Virus record (IMG/VR): IMGVR_UViG_3300022666_000164
Location: 1 to 42,152 of that record
Length of the DNA: 42,152 nucleotides
DNA from: a virus
Lineage: Duplodnaviria; Caudoviricetes
Reading direction: 5' to 3' (one strand)
How positions within the stretch are numbered: the stretch's first letter is position 1; each line of letters begins with the position of its first letter. Of the stretch, positions 1 to 14,030 are shown piece by piece. The notes under the pieces were generated by a model. That model was not told the DNA's origin. It did no database searches and saw only the letters and a program-made list of their open reading frames with translations. The translations under genes were made by a program, and so were the position numbers.

Positions 1-792
1 GAAGGTGTGCCGCAAGAGGTGCGGCGTCACCTCCACGCCCGCGGCCGCCCCCAACGCCGCGATGCGGAACTGAATCCCCCGCGCCCCCAGCGGTCCCCGC
101 TGCCCCAGAAACAGCGTCGTGCCCCGGTCGGCGGGTCGCACCGCCAGATATGCCTCTACAGCCTTCCGCGCCTCCTTGTGCAGCGGCACGGTGCGATACT
201 TTCGCCCCTTCCCGGAACGGACAATGACCTGCCCGCTCCGCCCATTCAGCACTACATCCGCCACCTGCAACGCCGCCGCCTCCGAGACCCGCAAGCCCGT
301 GTAGAGCAACAGGTTGAGCAGTGCCTCGTCACGGATGGCATCCACCAGCGTCGGCGTGATTTCCCCGCCCGCCTTCGCCTGCGCCAGTTGCCGCTGGGCC
401 GCCGCTTCCCGCTGCAAACGGTAGACCTCCGACGCAGTGAGCGCCTTCGGCGTGCGCTGCCCCTGCTTGAGCCCTTGCACCTGCCCGGCGGGATTGGTGC
501 TTGCCTGGCCGGTCGTCACGGCCCAGGCGAAGAAGACCCGCAGCGCCGCCAGCGCCCGATTCACGCCGGCGGGCTTGCGACCCTCCGCGACAAGGGCATC
601 GCGGTATTTCTGCACGTCAAACGGGGTGACTTCCACCGGCGTCAGGGGGCGACCCGGCGGGTCGCCCCGACCCAATTGAGCAGCCAACCAGGTGAAGAAG
701 GCCGCCACGTCGCGCTGGTAGGCGGCGATGGTGTGCGCGCTGCGGTCCTGGGACTGCAAGTAGGCGGTGAATTCGGCCAGAAAATCGGTCAT
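1..792 (-). CDS. Tyrosine recombinase/integrase (XerC/D-like), 3' end runs off the window
   Basis: Not in the ORF track. Reverse strand reads MTDFLAEFTAYLQSQDRSAHTIAAYQRDV... from ATG 792 (GGAGG just upstream) and ends GVEVTPHLLRHTF, the HxLRH box, at base 1. Confidence 0.93.
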   Translation of the reverse strand, partial: MTDFLAEFTAYLQSQDRSAHTIAAYQRDVAAFFTWLAAQLGRGDPPGRPLTPVEVTPFDVQKYRDALVAEGRKPAGVNRALAALRVFFAWAVTTGQASTNPAGQVQGLKQGQRTPKALTASEVYRLQREAAAQRQLAQAKAGGEITPTLVDAIRDEALLNLLLYTGLRVSEAAALQVADVVLNGRSGQVIVRSGKGRKYRTVPLHKEARKAVEAYLAVRPADRGTTLFLGQRGPLGARGIQFRIAALGAAAGVEVTPHLLRHTF

Positions 793-843
793 CGGGCACC
801 TCCTGGATGGGCCGGTGATTTATGCGCTGGGTTTCAGCACAGC

Positions 844-888
844 AAAACCCCGTAAAACGGCCCTGGTAAGGCCATTTTACGGGGTTTT
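844..888. terminator. 19-bp inverted repeat (terminator or recombinase accessory site)
   Basis: aaaaccccgtaaaacggcc-ctggtaa-ggccattttacggggtttt; arms match 18/19. Confidence 0.6.
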
Positions 889-898
889 TCTGGAATTG

Positions 899-926
899 TC
901 AACGCATAATCATAATTATGAGTTTT
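899..926. promoter_or_regulatory. dif-like tyrosine recombinase core site (11-6-11)
   Basis: tcaacgCATAA-tcataa-TTATGagtttt: inverted arms match 8/9 around a 6-bp spacer, with the CATAA-N6-TTATG core of dif, ~110 bp upstream of the recombinase gene. Confidence 0.65.
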
Positions 927-961
927 TATACCGCTATCAGGCAACCTCTTTGCGCCAGCGT

Positions 962-6372
<5,411 letters not shown>

Positions 6373-6376
<4 letters not shown>

Positions 6377-7287
6377 AGGCTATCACCGTTAATAGAATCT
6401 GAAAACAGCCAGTCGTAATCATTTTCAGGAGGGGCATATCGATTAAAAATATCTTGGGTTATTACAGGGCAATTGGTGCGAAGAGTCAGACCAACGATGG
6501 TACCAGGCCACATAGAACCGGCTTGATAGGTTATCTGGTTACCATGGAAAAACAGCCCGCCAGCGCCGGAATAAAGAACCATTGAACCCTGGTTGGCGCG
6601 GATGATTTCAGTGGTAAAAAACAGCCCTTCGCCAGAATTGTATCCGGGCCGACCTGTCACACGCGGCTTAATTGCAAGGCGTAATGCTTCTTCATTGTTG
6701 GCAAACTTGTGCTGAGCGCGCAAACTTTGGGCAATGCCGCACCCGTAATCTACCACAGCAATTTCTATGCATTCCCGCTGGGGGTACGATTGGGCACACA
6801 AAATGCCTTGAATGGGTGATTGGGCGTGATGAAACACGTTGTTTACAATTTCAATAAAGGCATATTGAGTGCCACTTTGCACCTGCTCAAAATGCGGGGC
6901 GTTTCGAGCCATAATCGCTACAATTTCATTCGCTACCCCTTCACCGGCGGTTTCACTCTGCGGATTAGCAATTTCAATAAAGCGGCCTGTCGGATCGCGC
7001 CTTTGCCAGGGGTAATCAACAGAAACATCTAACTGTTCGTAGAAATTGATGCGGGTTAAATACTCATGGACATTTTGTGCTGGCTGCACCAATTCCACTT
7101 GTACGCCGCGTTGTTTCAGAACTTTCAGTAATGCCAGGAGAACCGCCACGCCCATAGGTCTGACGAACTCAACCGCGTGCAAATCAATCTGCACCGGCGA
7201 TTGATGCCGAATGGCCTCCAACTGCGCCAGCATGTTTAATAGTCCAGCTTGTTCAAAATGCGATGTCATTAGAGGAATTGTTCTCAT
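6373..7287 (-). CDS. STAS + GHKL (HATPase_c) anti-sigma-type Ser kinase
   Basis: N-terminal STAS-like [14 protein letters not shown]; N-box [11 protein letters not shown]1 DYGCGI, G2 GEGLF, terminal GT. Stop overlaps the next ATG. Confidence 0.85.
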
Positions 7288-7323
7288 TGGTTAGTAGCCT
7301 GCCCTTTCATGGAATGTTGTTCC

Positions 7324-7452
7324 CTATTCCCATTCCCAGCGGATGGGAAGTCTAAATTTCCTCGGATTGGCCGCTCAACACCGAATTGAGCCAACACTGC
7401 ATTGCCTGAGCGGATTCTTCCAGCGCGCGGCGAAAAGTTGCACTGCTTTCAT
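7324..7452 (-). pseudogene. Internally deleted AbiEii-family nucleotidyltransferase toxin remnant
   Basis: ATGA-coupled to abiEi. Frameshifted reading gives N-terminus-like SATFRRALEE joined to C-terminus-like AQAMQCWLNSVLSG...PIRWEWE*. Confidence 0.7.
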
Positions 7453-8027
7453 AGGGTATTGGCTCCCTCCAGGGCTGATTGGATGACAACGGCGCTGCGG
7501 CCGCCGCGCTGTTGGAGGGCGGCTTGCAGCGCCGCCGCGCTGACCAGGCCGCGCGCTAACGCTTGCTGCACCGCCTGGCGGACCCATTCCTCAGCCACGC
7601 CAGAGCGCAGCACATCTACGAGGGTGCGCGGCACGGTGGTGACGGGCAACCCCTGACGCACAGCGACTTCCTCAAGGTTGAGGTGGGCGGTGTGAAAACG
7701 GACGCCCGGCAAGCGGCGCGAGGCGGTGCGCGGCACGGTGAGGTGAATCTCGGCGGACAGCAGGTCGGTCAGGCCGTAAAGCAACAAGGCGCTCTCGTGC
7801 GAGACGATGGCTTTTTCCCCGGCGGCCAGCCAGGCGATGAACAGGTCGGCGTGCGGCATTTCCGGGAAGTGCGCCAGGCGATAGACGCCACGGCGCAGCC
7901 GCAGGAAGCGGCCGCTTTTGACGTGGTGGGAGAGCAGGGCTTTGGAGAACCCGGCCTGCTGCGCCTGCGCGGTGGAAAAGTAACCGGCCTGCCGCTCGGC
8001 AATTTCGTAGAGTTGGGTATCGGTCAT
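7449..8027 (-). CDS. abiEi: Type IV toxin-antitoxin antitoxin, AbiEi family
   Basis: N-terminal wHTH (AERQAGYFSTAQA...RLRRGVYRL), SHESALLLYGL and VTTVPRTLVD motifs. Confidence 0.9.
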   Translation of the reverse strand: MTDTQLYEIAERQAGYFSTAQAQQAGFSKALLSHHVKSGRFLRLRRGVYRLAHFPEMPHADLFIAWLAAGEKAIVSHESALLLYGLTDLLSAEIHLTVPRTASRRLPGVRFHTAHLNLEEVAVRQGLPVTTVPRTLVDVLRSGVAEEWVRQAVQQALARGLVSAAALQAALQQRGGRSAVVIQSALEGANTL

Positions 8028-8036
8028 AGGGTTATG

Positions 8037-8107
8037 AATGTGTGCAAAAGGTCAAGGATTATTTGACTTTATGCACACATTATCGCCGAGGTTAGCAGGA
8101 ATGTCAA
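8037..8107 (-). promoter_or_regulatory. sigma70 promoter with AbiEi operator inverted repeat
   Basis: TTGACA (8107-8102)-17 bp-GATAAT (8084-8079). 19-bp inverted repeat at 8037-8055/8063-8081 (17/19) overlaps the start region. Confidence 0.8.
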
Positions 8108-8194
8108 CTGGATGGCCCGGCTTCTTGCGCAAGCGCGGACAGCCGCTCAATGCTCCAGGTTTGTTCTACCAGTTGCATAAACCATGAAACAAAT

Positions 8195-8911
8195 TCATGC
8201 AAAAGCCGCACTTACCGGCAATTCTTCCCAGGTACGGTCATCCAACAGGCGACCGGTCTTTTTCTTGCGTGTGCCGCCCCACTGTTTGAAGAAAAAGGGC
8301 GCTTTGACCGTTTGACACTGGTCACGAATTTCGCGCACCCATGAGGGATCTATCGTGCGCGCTTTCGGGCCGGATTCGCCGCCCACGATCACCCAATCCA
8401 TGCCTGCCAGGGGCAAATTCGGTAACGGGCCAAGCAGTGGTTCGCAGGAAAGGAACTTGACCGCTGCATGAGTCTGACGCAGCAAATGAACCCGATAGAT
8501 ATAATCGCAGTTCTCCACACTGACCCCCATCCAGACGTTGGGCGGCCAATCAATCAGGGAATCCAGTTCAAGCAGGTGTTCAGCGCGTTTGGTCAGGATT
8601 TGAAAGGTATGCCAATGCGCCCGCTGCATCACAGCAAAAATGCGCAGGATGAATGCGAGGGGAACGCCTGGGTGAAACAGGTCGCTCATTGAGTTCACGA
8701 AAATCATCTGCGGCTTTGTCCAATGCAGGGGATCTTCTAACACCTCATCGTGTAGAGTTAAGTTGAAGCCGTTACGATATTTCTCCAATCCTATAGCCTG
8801 CAACCGCTTAGCCATCCGCTCGGCATAGCAATGTTTACAACCGGGGCTAACTCTGGTGCAGCCGGTTAGCGGATTCCAGGTAGATTCCGTCCACTCGATT
8901 TTTGTACTCAT
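8195..8911 (-). CDS. DUF5131 / phage Gp37-Gp68 family radical-SAM-like protein (hybrid across the host-phage junction)
   Basis: [54 protein letters not shown]. Confidence 0.93.
   Translation of the reverse strand: MSTKIEWTESTWNPLTGCTRVSPGCKHCYAERMAKRLQAIGLEKYRNGFNLTLHDEVLEDPLHWTKPQMIFVNSMSDLFHPGVPLAFILRIFAVMQRAHWHTFQILTKRAEHLLELDSLIDWPPNVWMGVSVENCDYIYRVHLLRQTHAAVKFLSCEPLLGPLPNLPLAGMDWVIVGGESGPKARTIDPSWVREIRDQCQTVKAPFFFKQWGGTRKKKTGRLLDDRTWEELPVSAAFA
8375..8501 (+). repeat. 127-bp direct repeat, left copy
   Basis: Identical to 42026-42152; first mismatch at 8374 (a) vs 42025 (t). Confidence 0.95.
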
Positions 8912-9261
8912 AGTCTCCCTACCTCCACTATGATTTCCGGCTCCCCCACCTCGCGCCGGATGTGCAAATCGTCAATCCACCTATCATCTGGGTACACAAT
9001 CCCATTCATGCTATCCAAGAGCGCCTTTGCCTCGTTGTCGGCGTCGCGTTGGTGTAGGTGCTCGCGCCGCAACAGAATGTCCACGAACAGTGGCGTCTGC
9101 CCCGGCAGCGGCTCGTGATGCAGCATCGCCAGGGCGAACGCGGCGCGCAGGGCCGCCTGCGAGGCGCGGTACTCTAAGGCTTCTGGCTGCACGTATTTCC
9201 CGCGCCCGGTCATGCGGACGTAGGGTTTGATTATGCCGGGAATGACGAACTGCAAAGTCAT
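8908..9261 (-). CDS. rusA: RusA-family Holliday junction resolvase
   Basis: [25 protein letters not shown] matches the D-x-DN-x-x-K...D...DD motif. Confidence 0.9.
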   Translation of the reverse strand: MTLQFVIPGIIKPYVRMTGRGKYVQPEALEYRASQAALRAAFALAMLHHEPLPGQTPLFVDILLRREHLHQRDADNEAKALLDSMNGIVYPDDRWIDDLHIRREVGEPEIIVEVGRL

Positions 9262-9878
9262 AGCGCCTCCAGCAACTGCCGCCCGATGTACTCGGTGTAG
9301 GCTGGCGGAATCGCCTGGCGCAATTCTCGCCCCGTCATCCAGTCAATGCCCATCGCGGCGCGTTTTTCTGCTGCTGTGTACTCGACGCGCCCACGTGATA
9401 CTCGGCGCGTCGTGCCCGTGACGAGTACAGGCGGTGAAATGTGCCGACATTGCAATCGCGCAAACAGCGGTAAACGCGGCCAAACTTCAAAATACCGATG
9501 ACGCCACACATCAAGACCGAACATCGATCCGCAGAGCATTAACGGCTCACGTAGTAAATACCGCGCGCCCGCGACGTTTTCAATTACAAATGGTTTACCG
9601 GTATCTTCCAGCAATACGCGCGTGGCATCAATTAAATCCGGGTGATTATTTTTGTACATTACCGGAGTACACCAGCTATAGCGTTGACACGGCGGCGAGG
9701 CGTGAATCACATCGAACTTAGCGCCGTGCTCACTAACAAATTCCAGCGCGTCTGCCTGGTGGAACTCAAACGGGTAATGTGGCTGTGGCTTGATGTCCAC
9801 CCCGACCACCTCGAAGCCCGCTCGATGGTAGCCCATCGCAGCCCCACCAGCCCCACAAAACAGGTCAAGCAATCTCAT
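9258..9878 (-). CDS. Short phage C5-cytosine-type DNA methyltransferase
   Basis: LLDLFCGAGG, ASPPCQ, IENV, QAIPPAY. Confidence 0.85.
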   Translation of the reverse strand: MRLLDLFCGAGGAAMGYHRAGFEVVGVDIKPQPHYPFEFHQADALEFVSEHGAKFDVIHASPPCQRYSWCTPVMYKNNHPDLIDATRVLLEDTGKPFVIENVAGARYLLREPLMLCGSMFGLDVWRHRYFEVWPRLPLFARLQCRHISPPVLVTGTTRRVSRGRVEYTAAEKRAAMGIDWMTGRELRQAIPPAYTEYIGRQLLEAL

Positions 9879-9954
9879 TTCCGTGCCGCCTGATTGGCCC
9901 GGTCAACGGCACGCAGATCATCCAGGTTGAAGTTCTGCTCGTAAATGGTCACAG

Positions 9955-10179
9955 TCATCGGTCTGCCACCACCTGCGCCGCATACTGCGCGGCGCTTTCG
10001 GCGTACCCGGCCTGGACCTGCGCGGCCTGCTGAGCCAGGTCTAGCGCTTTTTCCTCGGCTTGCGCGGCCTGCTCTAGCAACAAAGTCGCCAGTTCCCGCG
10101 CTTCGCTGACCGTCAATTGAAACCAGGCGCCCCACAATCCAACGTGCAGATCACCCCCAGTAGTTACTTTAACGTTCAT
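9955..10179 (-). CDS. Hypothetical phage protein
   Basis: Overlap-coupled in the replication operon; RBS upstream. Confidence 0.6.
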   Translation of the reverse strand: MNVKVTTGGDLHVGLWGAWFQLTVSEARELATLLLEQAAQAEEKALDLAQQAAQVQAGYAESAAQYAAQVVADR

Positions 10180-10429
10180 AGCCTTCCTCCAGTTTGCGGA
10201 TAGCCGCTTGCACGGCCGCTAGTTTGAGCTCGGTTTGGCGCAACTCCAACTCCAGCGCCAGGTCAGTCGGGAGCAGCTCCCGCGCCGCGACCAGTACCTC
10301 CGGCGCGGCCCGCTCGGCCTCGGCCGCTACGTCCAGGAAAAAGGCGGCCGCTTCCAGGTCACCGGCGTCCAGCGCTTCCAACAACGGGATGTAGGTCGCC
10401 AGCACCGTTTCAAGCGCTCCCATGCCCAC
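10169..10429 (-). CDS. Hypothetical phage protein (coiled coil)
   Basis: Coupled to the dnaB 3' end; GGAGG RBS. Confidence 0.6.
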   Translation of the reverse strand: MGMGALETVLATYIPLLEALDAGDLEAAAFFLDVAAEAERAAPEVLVAARELLPTDLALELELRQTELKLAAVQAAIRKLEEGYER

Positions 10430-11711
10430 CTCCGTTTAGCACCGCATCCCGCAGCCCGGCGCAGGGGGTGAAATAGAGCAGCGTTGCGCCCGTGCGCCCG
10501 GTCAGGCGGTTTTTTGCCACTTCTACCGAGAATTCGGTTGGGGCCCCGGCGTTGTAGTAGCCAGGGCGGTACAGCAGGCAGACGGTATCCGCATCCTGCT
10601 CTAAATGTCCCGACCCGCGCAGGTCCGCCAGGCCGGGCCGCTTGTCTTCTCGCCCTTCCACCCCGCGCGAGAGCTGATGCAGGGCCAGGATCGGCAACCG
10701 CAGTGCGTTCGCCGTCGCCTTGATCTGTCGCGAGACGATGTTCAACTCCTCATACTCGCGCAGGGCACGGTCGCCAGCGGTCAGGTGGCCGAGGTTATCA
10801 ATGACCACCAGGGCCGGTTTGAGCGTGCGGGCCGTCCGATGCAGGACCGCCGCCACCTGTGACAACTGCGGCGATCCGGCATAGAACTCCAAGGGCCAGC
10901 GGCTGACCTGCTGAACGGCCTGTCGCAGACTGGCCGTGTCGTCCGGCTTCAGGTTGCGCGTGTAGCCGTCTATGACGGGCACCTCGCACAATGCCGAGGC
11001 CAGGCGCAACACCAACAAATCAGGACTGATCTCAAATGTGAGGTACAGCACCGGTCGGCCTGACCGGGCCACGTTCGCCGCCACCTGGAGCGCCAGCGCC
11101 GTCTTGCCCATCCCGGCGCGCCCGGCCACGATGTGGTAGCCGGGCAACAGGCCGCCGGTGATGGCGTCCAGGTTGCGCAGGCCGGAGGCCAGGCCGCGCA
11201 CTCGTCCCGGCTCTAACGGGTGCGCGGCCCAGTCCTGAAGTGTCGCCGTCACGCGCCCGGCTACCGCGTCCACCCGCTCCTGTTGCGGGACCGTCATCCC
11301 TGCCAGCAACTCACCTGCCACAGCCGCGGTGGTCTCCGTGATGTTGCCGGTGTCGTCATAAGCCACCGTAGCCAGCCGCTCGGCCAGCCGCAGTGCCGCC
11401 CGCCGCCGCGCCCCTTCTACCACCACCTCGGCCAGGCGGGCCGTGCTACCGCTCACCTGCGCGGCGGTACAGGCCTCGGCCAGGCGCGGCTTGATGCGCT
11501 CATAGAAAGTCGCATCTAATCGCGTCTGGAGCGAGAGCCGATTGACTGGCAGGCCGCGTTCGGCGATTGCTACGATTGCCGCGTAGACGGTCGCCAGGTC
11601 CAGATCATCAAAATCGCTCGCCGTCACCAGGTCGGCCACCTGGTAGTATTCGCTGCTGCTGAGCAGCAAGCGCCCGATTAACAACTGCTCAGCTTCCTGG
11701 TAGCGGTTCAT
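10410..11711 (-). CDS. dnaB: Replicative DNA helicase, DnaB family
   Basis: AGRAGMGKT, HQLSRGVEGREDKRPGLADLRGSGHLEQDAD, AKNRLTG. Confidence 0.95.
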   Translation of the reverse strand: MNRYQEAEQLLIGRLLLSSSEYYQVADLVTASDFDDLDLATVYAAIVAIAERGLPVNRLSLQTRLDATFYERIKPRLAEACTAAQVSGSTARLAEVVVEGARRRAALRLAERLATVAYDDTGNITETTAAVAGELLAGMTVPQQERVDAVAGRVTATLQDWAAHPLEPGRVRGLASGLRNLDAITGGLLPGYHIVAGRAGMGKTALALQVAANVARSGRPVLYLTFEISPDLLVLRLASALCEVPVIDGYTRNLKPDDTASLRQAVQQVSRWPLEFYAGSPQLSQVAAVLHRTARTLKPALVVIDNLGHLTAGDRALREYEELNIVSRQIKATANALRLPILALHQLSRGVEGREDKRPGLADLRGSGHLEQDADTVCLLYRPGYYNAGAPTEFSVEVAKNRLTGRTGATLLYFTPCAGLRDAVLNGGGHGSA

Positions 11712-12640
11712 GCTTCCTCCCAGGTCGTCGGCGCAAAGATGTACTGCGGTTCCGGGGCCGGCGGCACGGCAGCCTGCCGCTTGCGGGCCGCACCGCAGAC
11801 GTAGGCCACGGCTTTGCCGATTCTCCCCCCACCGCCGCGGTAGAACGCCTCCAAGACGCGCACCGTCTCGCCGTTCAGGACGACGGCGGCGGCCCGGAAG
11901 TCACCGGCCTGTTGCGCGTTCTGGAAGCGGGCTTTGGGAGGCTTCCGGCCCGGCGGTGTGTTGATTGCAGCCAGGCGGAACAGTGCCCGCTCTTCGTCGG
12001 ACTGCGGCATGAGGTCCACCGGCGGCGCAGTATCCCGTAATCCAGAGGAGTCCTCAGGGGGTTGACGGTCTCTTTTATGCGCCGACTTTCCCGGCGACGT
12101 TGGGGCGCTGCTACTGGAGCGGTCATCATCGTTGTGATGCGCCCCATCATCTTCTTCAGATGGTATCTTCTTAGATGGTTTCTTCTTAGAGCTAACGTCG
12201 TTAGCTACTGTAGCTAACGTAGTTAGCTGGGGGTAGCTAACTACGTTAGCTACCCCTGGTAAATCTGGTTTACTACCCATCGTGAAAAAGCCCCGGATGG
12301 TATACAGGTTACTGTCGGCCTCACCGCTTTGTTTCTGACGGTACTGGCGTTCCACCAAACCGGCCTGGATGAGAAAATCCAGCGCTGCCAGGACTGCCGG
12401 GCGGCTGTAGCCCGTTTCGTTTTCGATGGTGGTGACCGAGGGGAACGCCGTCATGCTTTCGTCGCAATGCAGCGAGATGCAGAGGAAAACCGACAACGGT
12501 GGCCCTTTGAGGATCTTCAGCATCCGGTCACGAAAAGTGACATCCAGTTTGACAAAGATTTCCTTGCGGGTATAGGTTGAACCGTCGTCCCGCAGGTAGA
12601 CCTCGTGGCTTTCTGAGATAACTACTGGGCATTCACTCAC
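11708..12640 (-). CDS. Phage replication initiator (HTH_36-like N-terminus)
   Basis: AFPSVTTIENETGYSRPAV...SNLY HTH; directly upstream of dnaB; internal iterons. Confidence 0.85.
   Translation of the reverse strand: MSECPVVISESHEVYLRDDGSTYTRKEIFVKLDVTFRDRMLKILKGPPLSVFLCISLHCDESMTAFPSVTTIENETGYSRPAVLAALDFLIQAGLVERQYRQKQSGEADSNLYTIRGFFTMGSKPDLPGVANVVSYPQLTTLATVANDVSSKKKPSKKIPSEEDDGAHHNDDDRSSSSAPTSPGKSAHKRDRQPPEDSSGLRDTAPPVDLMPQSDEERALFRLAAINTPPGRKPPKARFQNAQQAGDFRAAAVVLNGETVRVLEAFYRGGGGRIGKAVAYVCGAARKRQAAVPPAPEPQYIFAPTTWEEA
12150..12274. repeat. Putative replication origin: palindromic iterons
   Basis: AGCTAAC-N3-GTTAGCT at 12190, 12212 and 12235, a degenerate copy at 12258, and three adjacent tcttc(t)tagatgg-type repeats. 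Confidence 0.8.
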
Positions 12641-12654
12641 GGATTACCTCCCTT

Positions 12655-12900
12655 CGTGGCAACAAAAAAGCGGCTTTGGTCTGAGCAGCCCGGAAGACCG
12701 GATTTCCGGGGCTTTGGCGTGCCCCGTGGGGCCGCCCAGACCAGAACCGCTTTTAAAACGTTGCCGGCCACCGGTTTCCCGGTTGGCACCCCTGCTTGGC
12801 CTTCCGCCTTGCGGCGATGGCCGGCAACATGCCTTATCCTCTGTTGTTATCACCGGTCTTCCTTCACACTTTCTACGGGGTTGCCAGCCCCGATTGCTAT
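12655..12900 (-). ncRNA. Structured RNA leader upstream of the initiator (C4/CI-antisense-like three-way junction plus attenuator)
   Basis: Hairpin at 12892-12876. Three-way junction at 12830-12758 with GCAA and GAAA tetraloops. 26-bp stem at 12754-12666 with 3 G-U pairs, then a U run. Confidence 0.65.
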
Positions 12901-12905
12901 CCATC

Positions 12906-12914
12906 ATTATAGCA
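12906..12914 (-). promoter_or_regulatory. Extended -10 promoter
   Basis: TGcTATAAT directly before the structured leader. Confidence 0.65.
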
Positions 12915-12957
12915 TAATGGCGGGCGTTTGCATATAGCATCCGCCCGCCATTTGCCG

Positions 12958-13269
12958 TTAGTTGTCGGTTTTTCCAAGCCCCAACTCAGCCTCAATCTGG
13001 GCCACTCTTTGGCGGCTAATGCCGAGCAGGCGACCAATGGCGGCCTGGGTCATCCCGGCTTCCCAGCAGGCCCGGATGTACTGCCGCCGGGCCTCGGCCC
13101 GCGCGATCTGCTCTGGCGTCCGGCGGTCGCCACCGCGCCCGTCCCAGCGCCGCCGCCGGAACCGCTCCGGGATGTGCGGGCAGGTAGGATCACACTGCGC
13201 CGGACCGGCGCAGTGTCCCCCATAAATCGGGCACTCTGACCCGATTACCTCAATTACTATCCCGCCCAT
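12958..13269 (-). CDS. Cys-rich protein with C-terminal sigma70-r4-like HTH
   Basis: GMTQAAIGRLLGISRQRVAQI. Confidence 0.75.
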   Translation of the reverse strand: MGGIVIEVIGSECPIYGGHCAGPAQCDPTCPHIPERFRRRRWDGRGGDRRTPEQIARAEARRQYIRACWEAGMTQAAIGRLLGISRQRVAQIEAELGLGKTDN

Positions 13270-13540
13270 GCTTCACCTCCAGGCCCAAGTAAGCCAGGGC
13301 ATCCTCAAGCGGGACACGCTGGCGGATCACCCCTGCGCCGTCGCACTCGGAGCAAGGAACCTCCTCGTCAGGCGGATAGTCGTAGCCTTGCTCTCGGAAC
13401 CATTGCTCGTCCTCTCTACTGGTTGGATACACCCCCAAAGGGTGCTCCTGCCAGTACACCGCCCAGGCCGGGTGCTGAACGACCCCCGTGCCCTGGCAAT
13501 CCGGGCAGGTCTCTTCTGACTCCACGAAATAACGTCTCAT
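13250..13540 (-). CDS. Zinc-finger protein with DnaJ-type CxxCxGxG repeats
   Basis: CPDCQGTG and CSECDGAG; GGAGG before ATG 13540. Confidence 0.75.
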   Translation of the reverse strand: MRRYFVESEETCPDCQGTGVVQHPAWAVYWQEHPLGVYPTSREDEQWFREQGYDYPPDEEVPCSECDGAGVIRQRVPLEDALAYLGLEVKHGRDSN

Positions 13541-13618
13541 GCGCCACCTCCGGTCTTCTTCAATAGTAAACATGTTGCTTCTACCCGCGTTTGACCCCAC
13601 GGGCGGGGTGGGAAATCA

Positions 13619-13957
13619 TCAGATGACGACCGTAACTTCACCGTGCCACTCGGCGCGGAGTGCGGCCAACTGCGCGTTGACCTCATGCAGGTGCTCCCCG
13701 CACTTACGGAGGGTCGCGACCAGATCGGCGAACTCCTCCTCAGTGAGAAGATTACCGACTCTGAACATGCACCCCACGTCATTGGGGTCAGAAAAAATGT
13801 AGACACAATCATCACCGAAACCATCACCGAAGCTGGCGTGGAGGCCGCGCTGATACAGCGCGGGTAAGTCGCGGCGTGACTTACCGGTGGCCTTGACCAG
13901 CTTGTACCGGCGCTCGCCCGCGCCGGTCACGACTTTTTCGAATGTAAGCTCAATCAT
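13619..13957 (-). CDS. Hypothetical phage protein
   Basis: RBS GGGAGA; co-oriented in the early operon. Confidence 0.7.
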   Translation of the reverse strand: MIELTFEKVVTGAGERRYKLVKATGKSRRDLPALYQRGLHASFGDGFGDDCVYIFSDPNDVGCMFRVGNLLTEEEFADLVATLRKCGEHLHEVNAQLAALRAEWHGEVTVVI

Positions 13958-14030
13958 CTTTCTCCCTTTTGATTTTTGCCGGGCTTACCGCCGTCCCCGG
14001 CTCGTTGTACCCCTGGCGGTGGGGTGGATG

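Noticed and set aside
1-792. This recombinase as the prophage integrase
   Set aside because: It lies 7.5 kb outside the phage circle and has its own adjacent site. Action in trans cannot be excluded but is unsupported.
7-855. 282-aa plus-strand ORF
   Set aside because: Antisense shadow of the minus-strand tyrosine recombinase.
12644-12940. 98-aa ORF upstream of the initiator
   Set aside because: No RBS or protein features; the region is better explained by a promoter and RNA structure.
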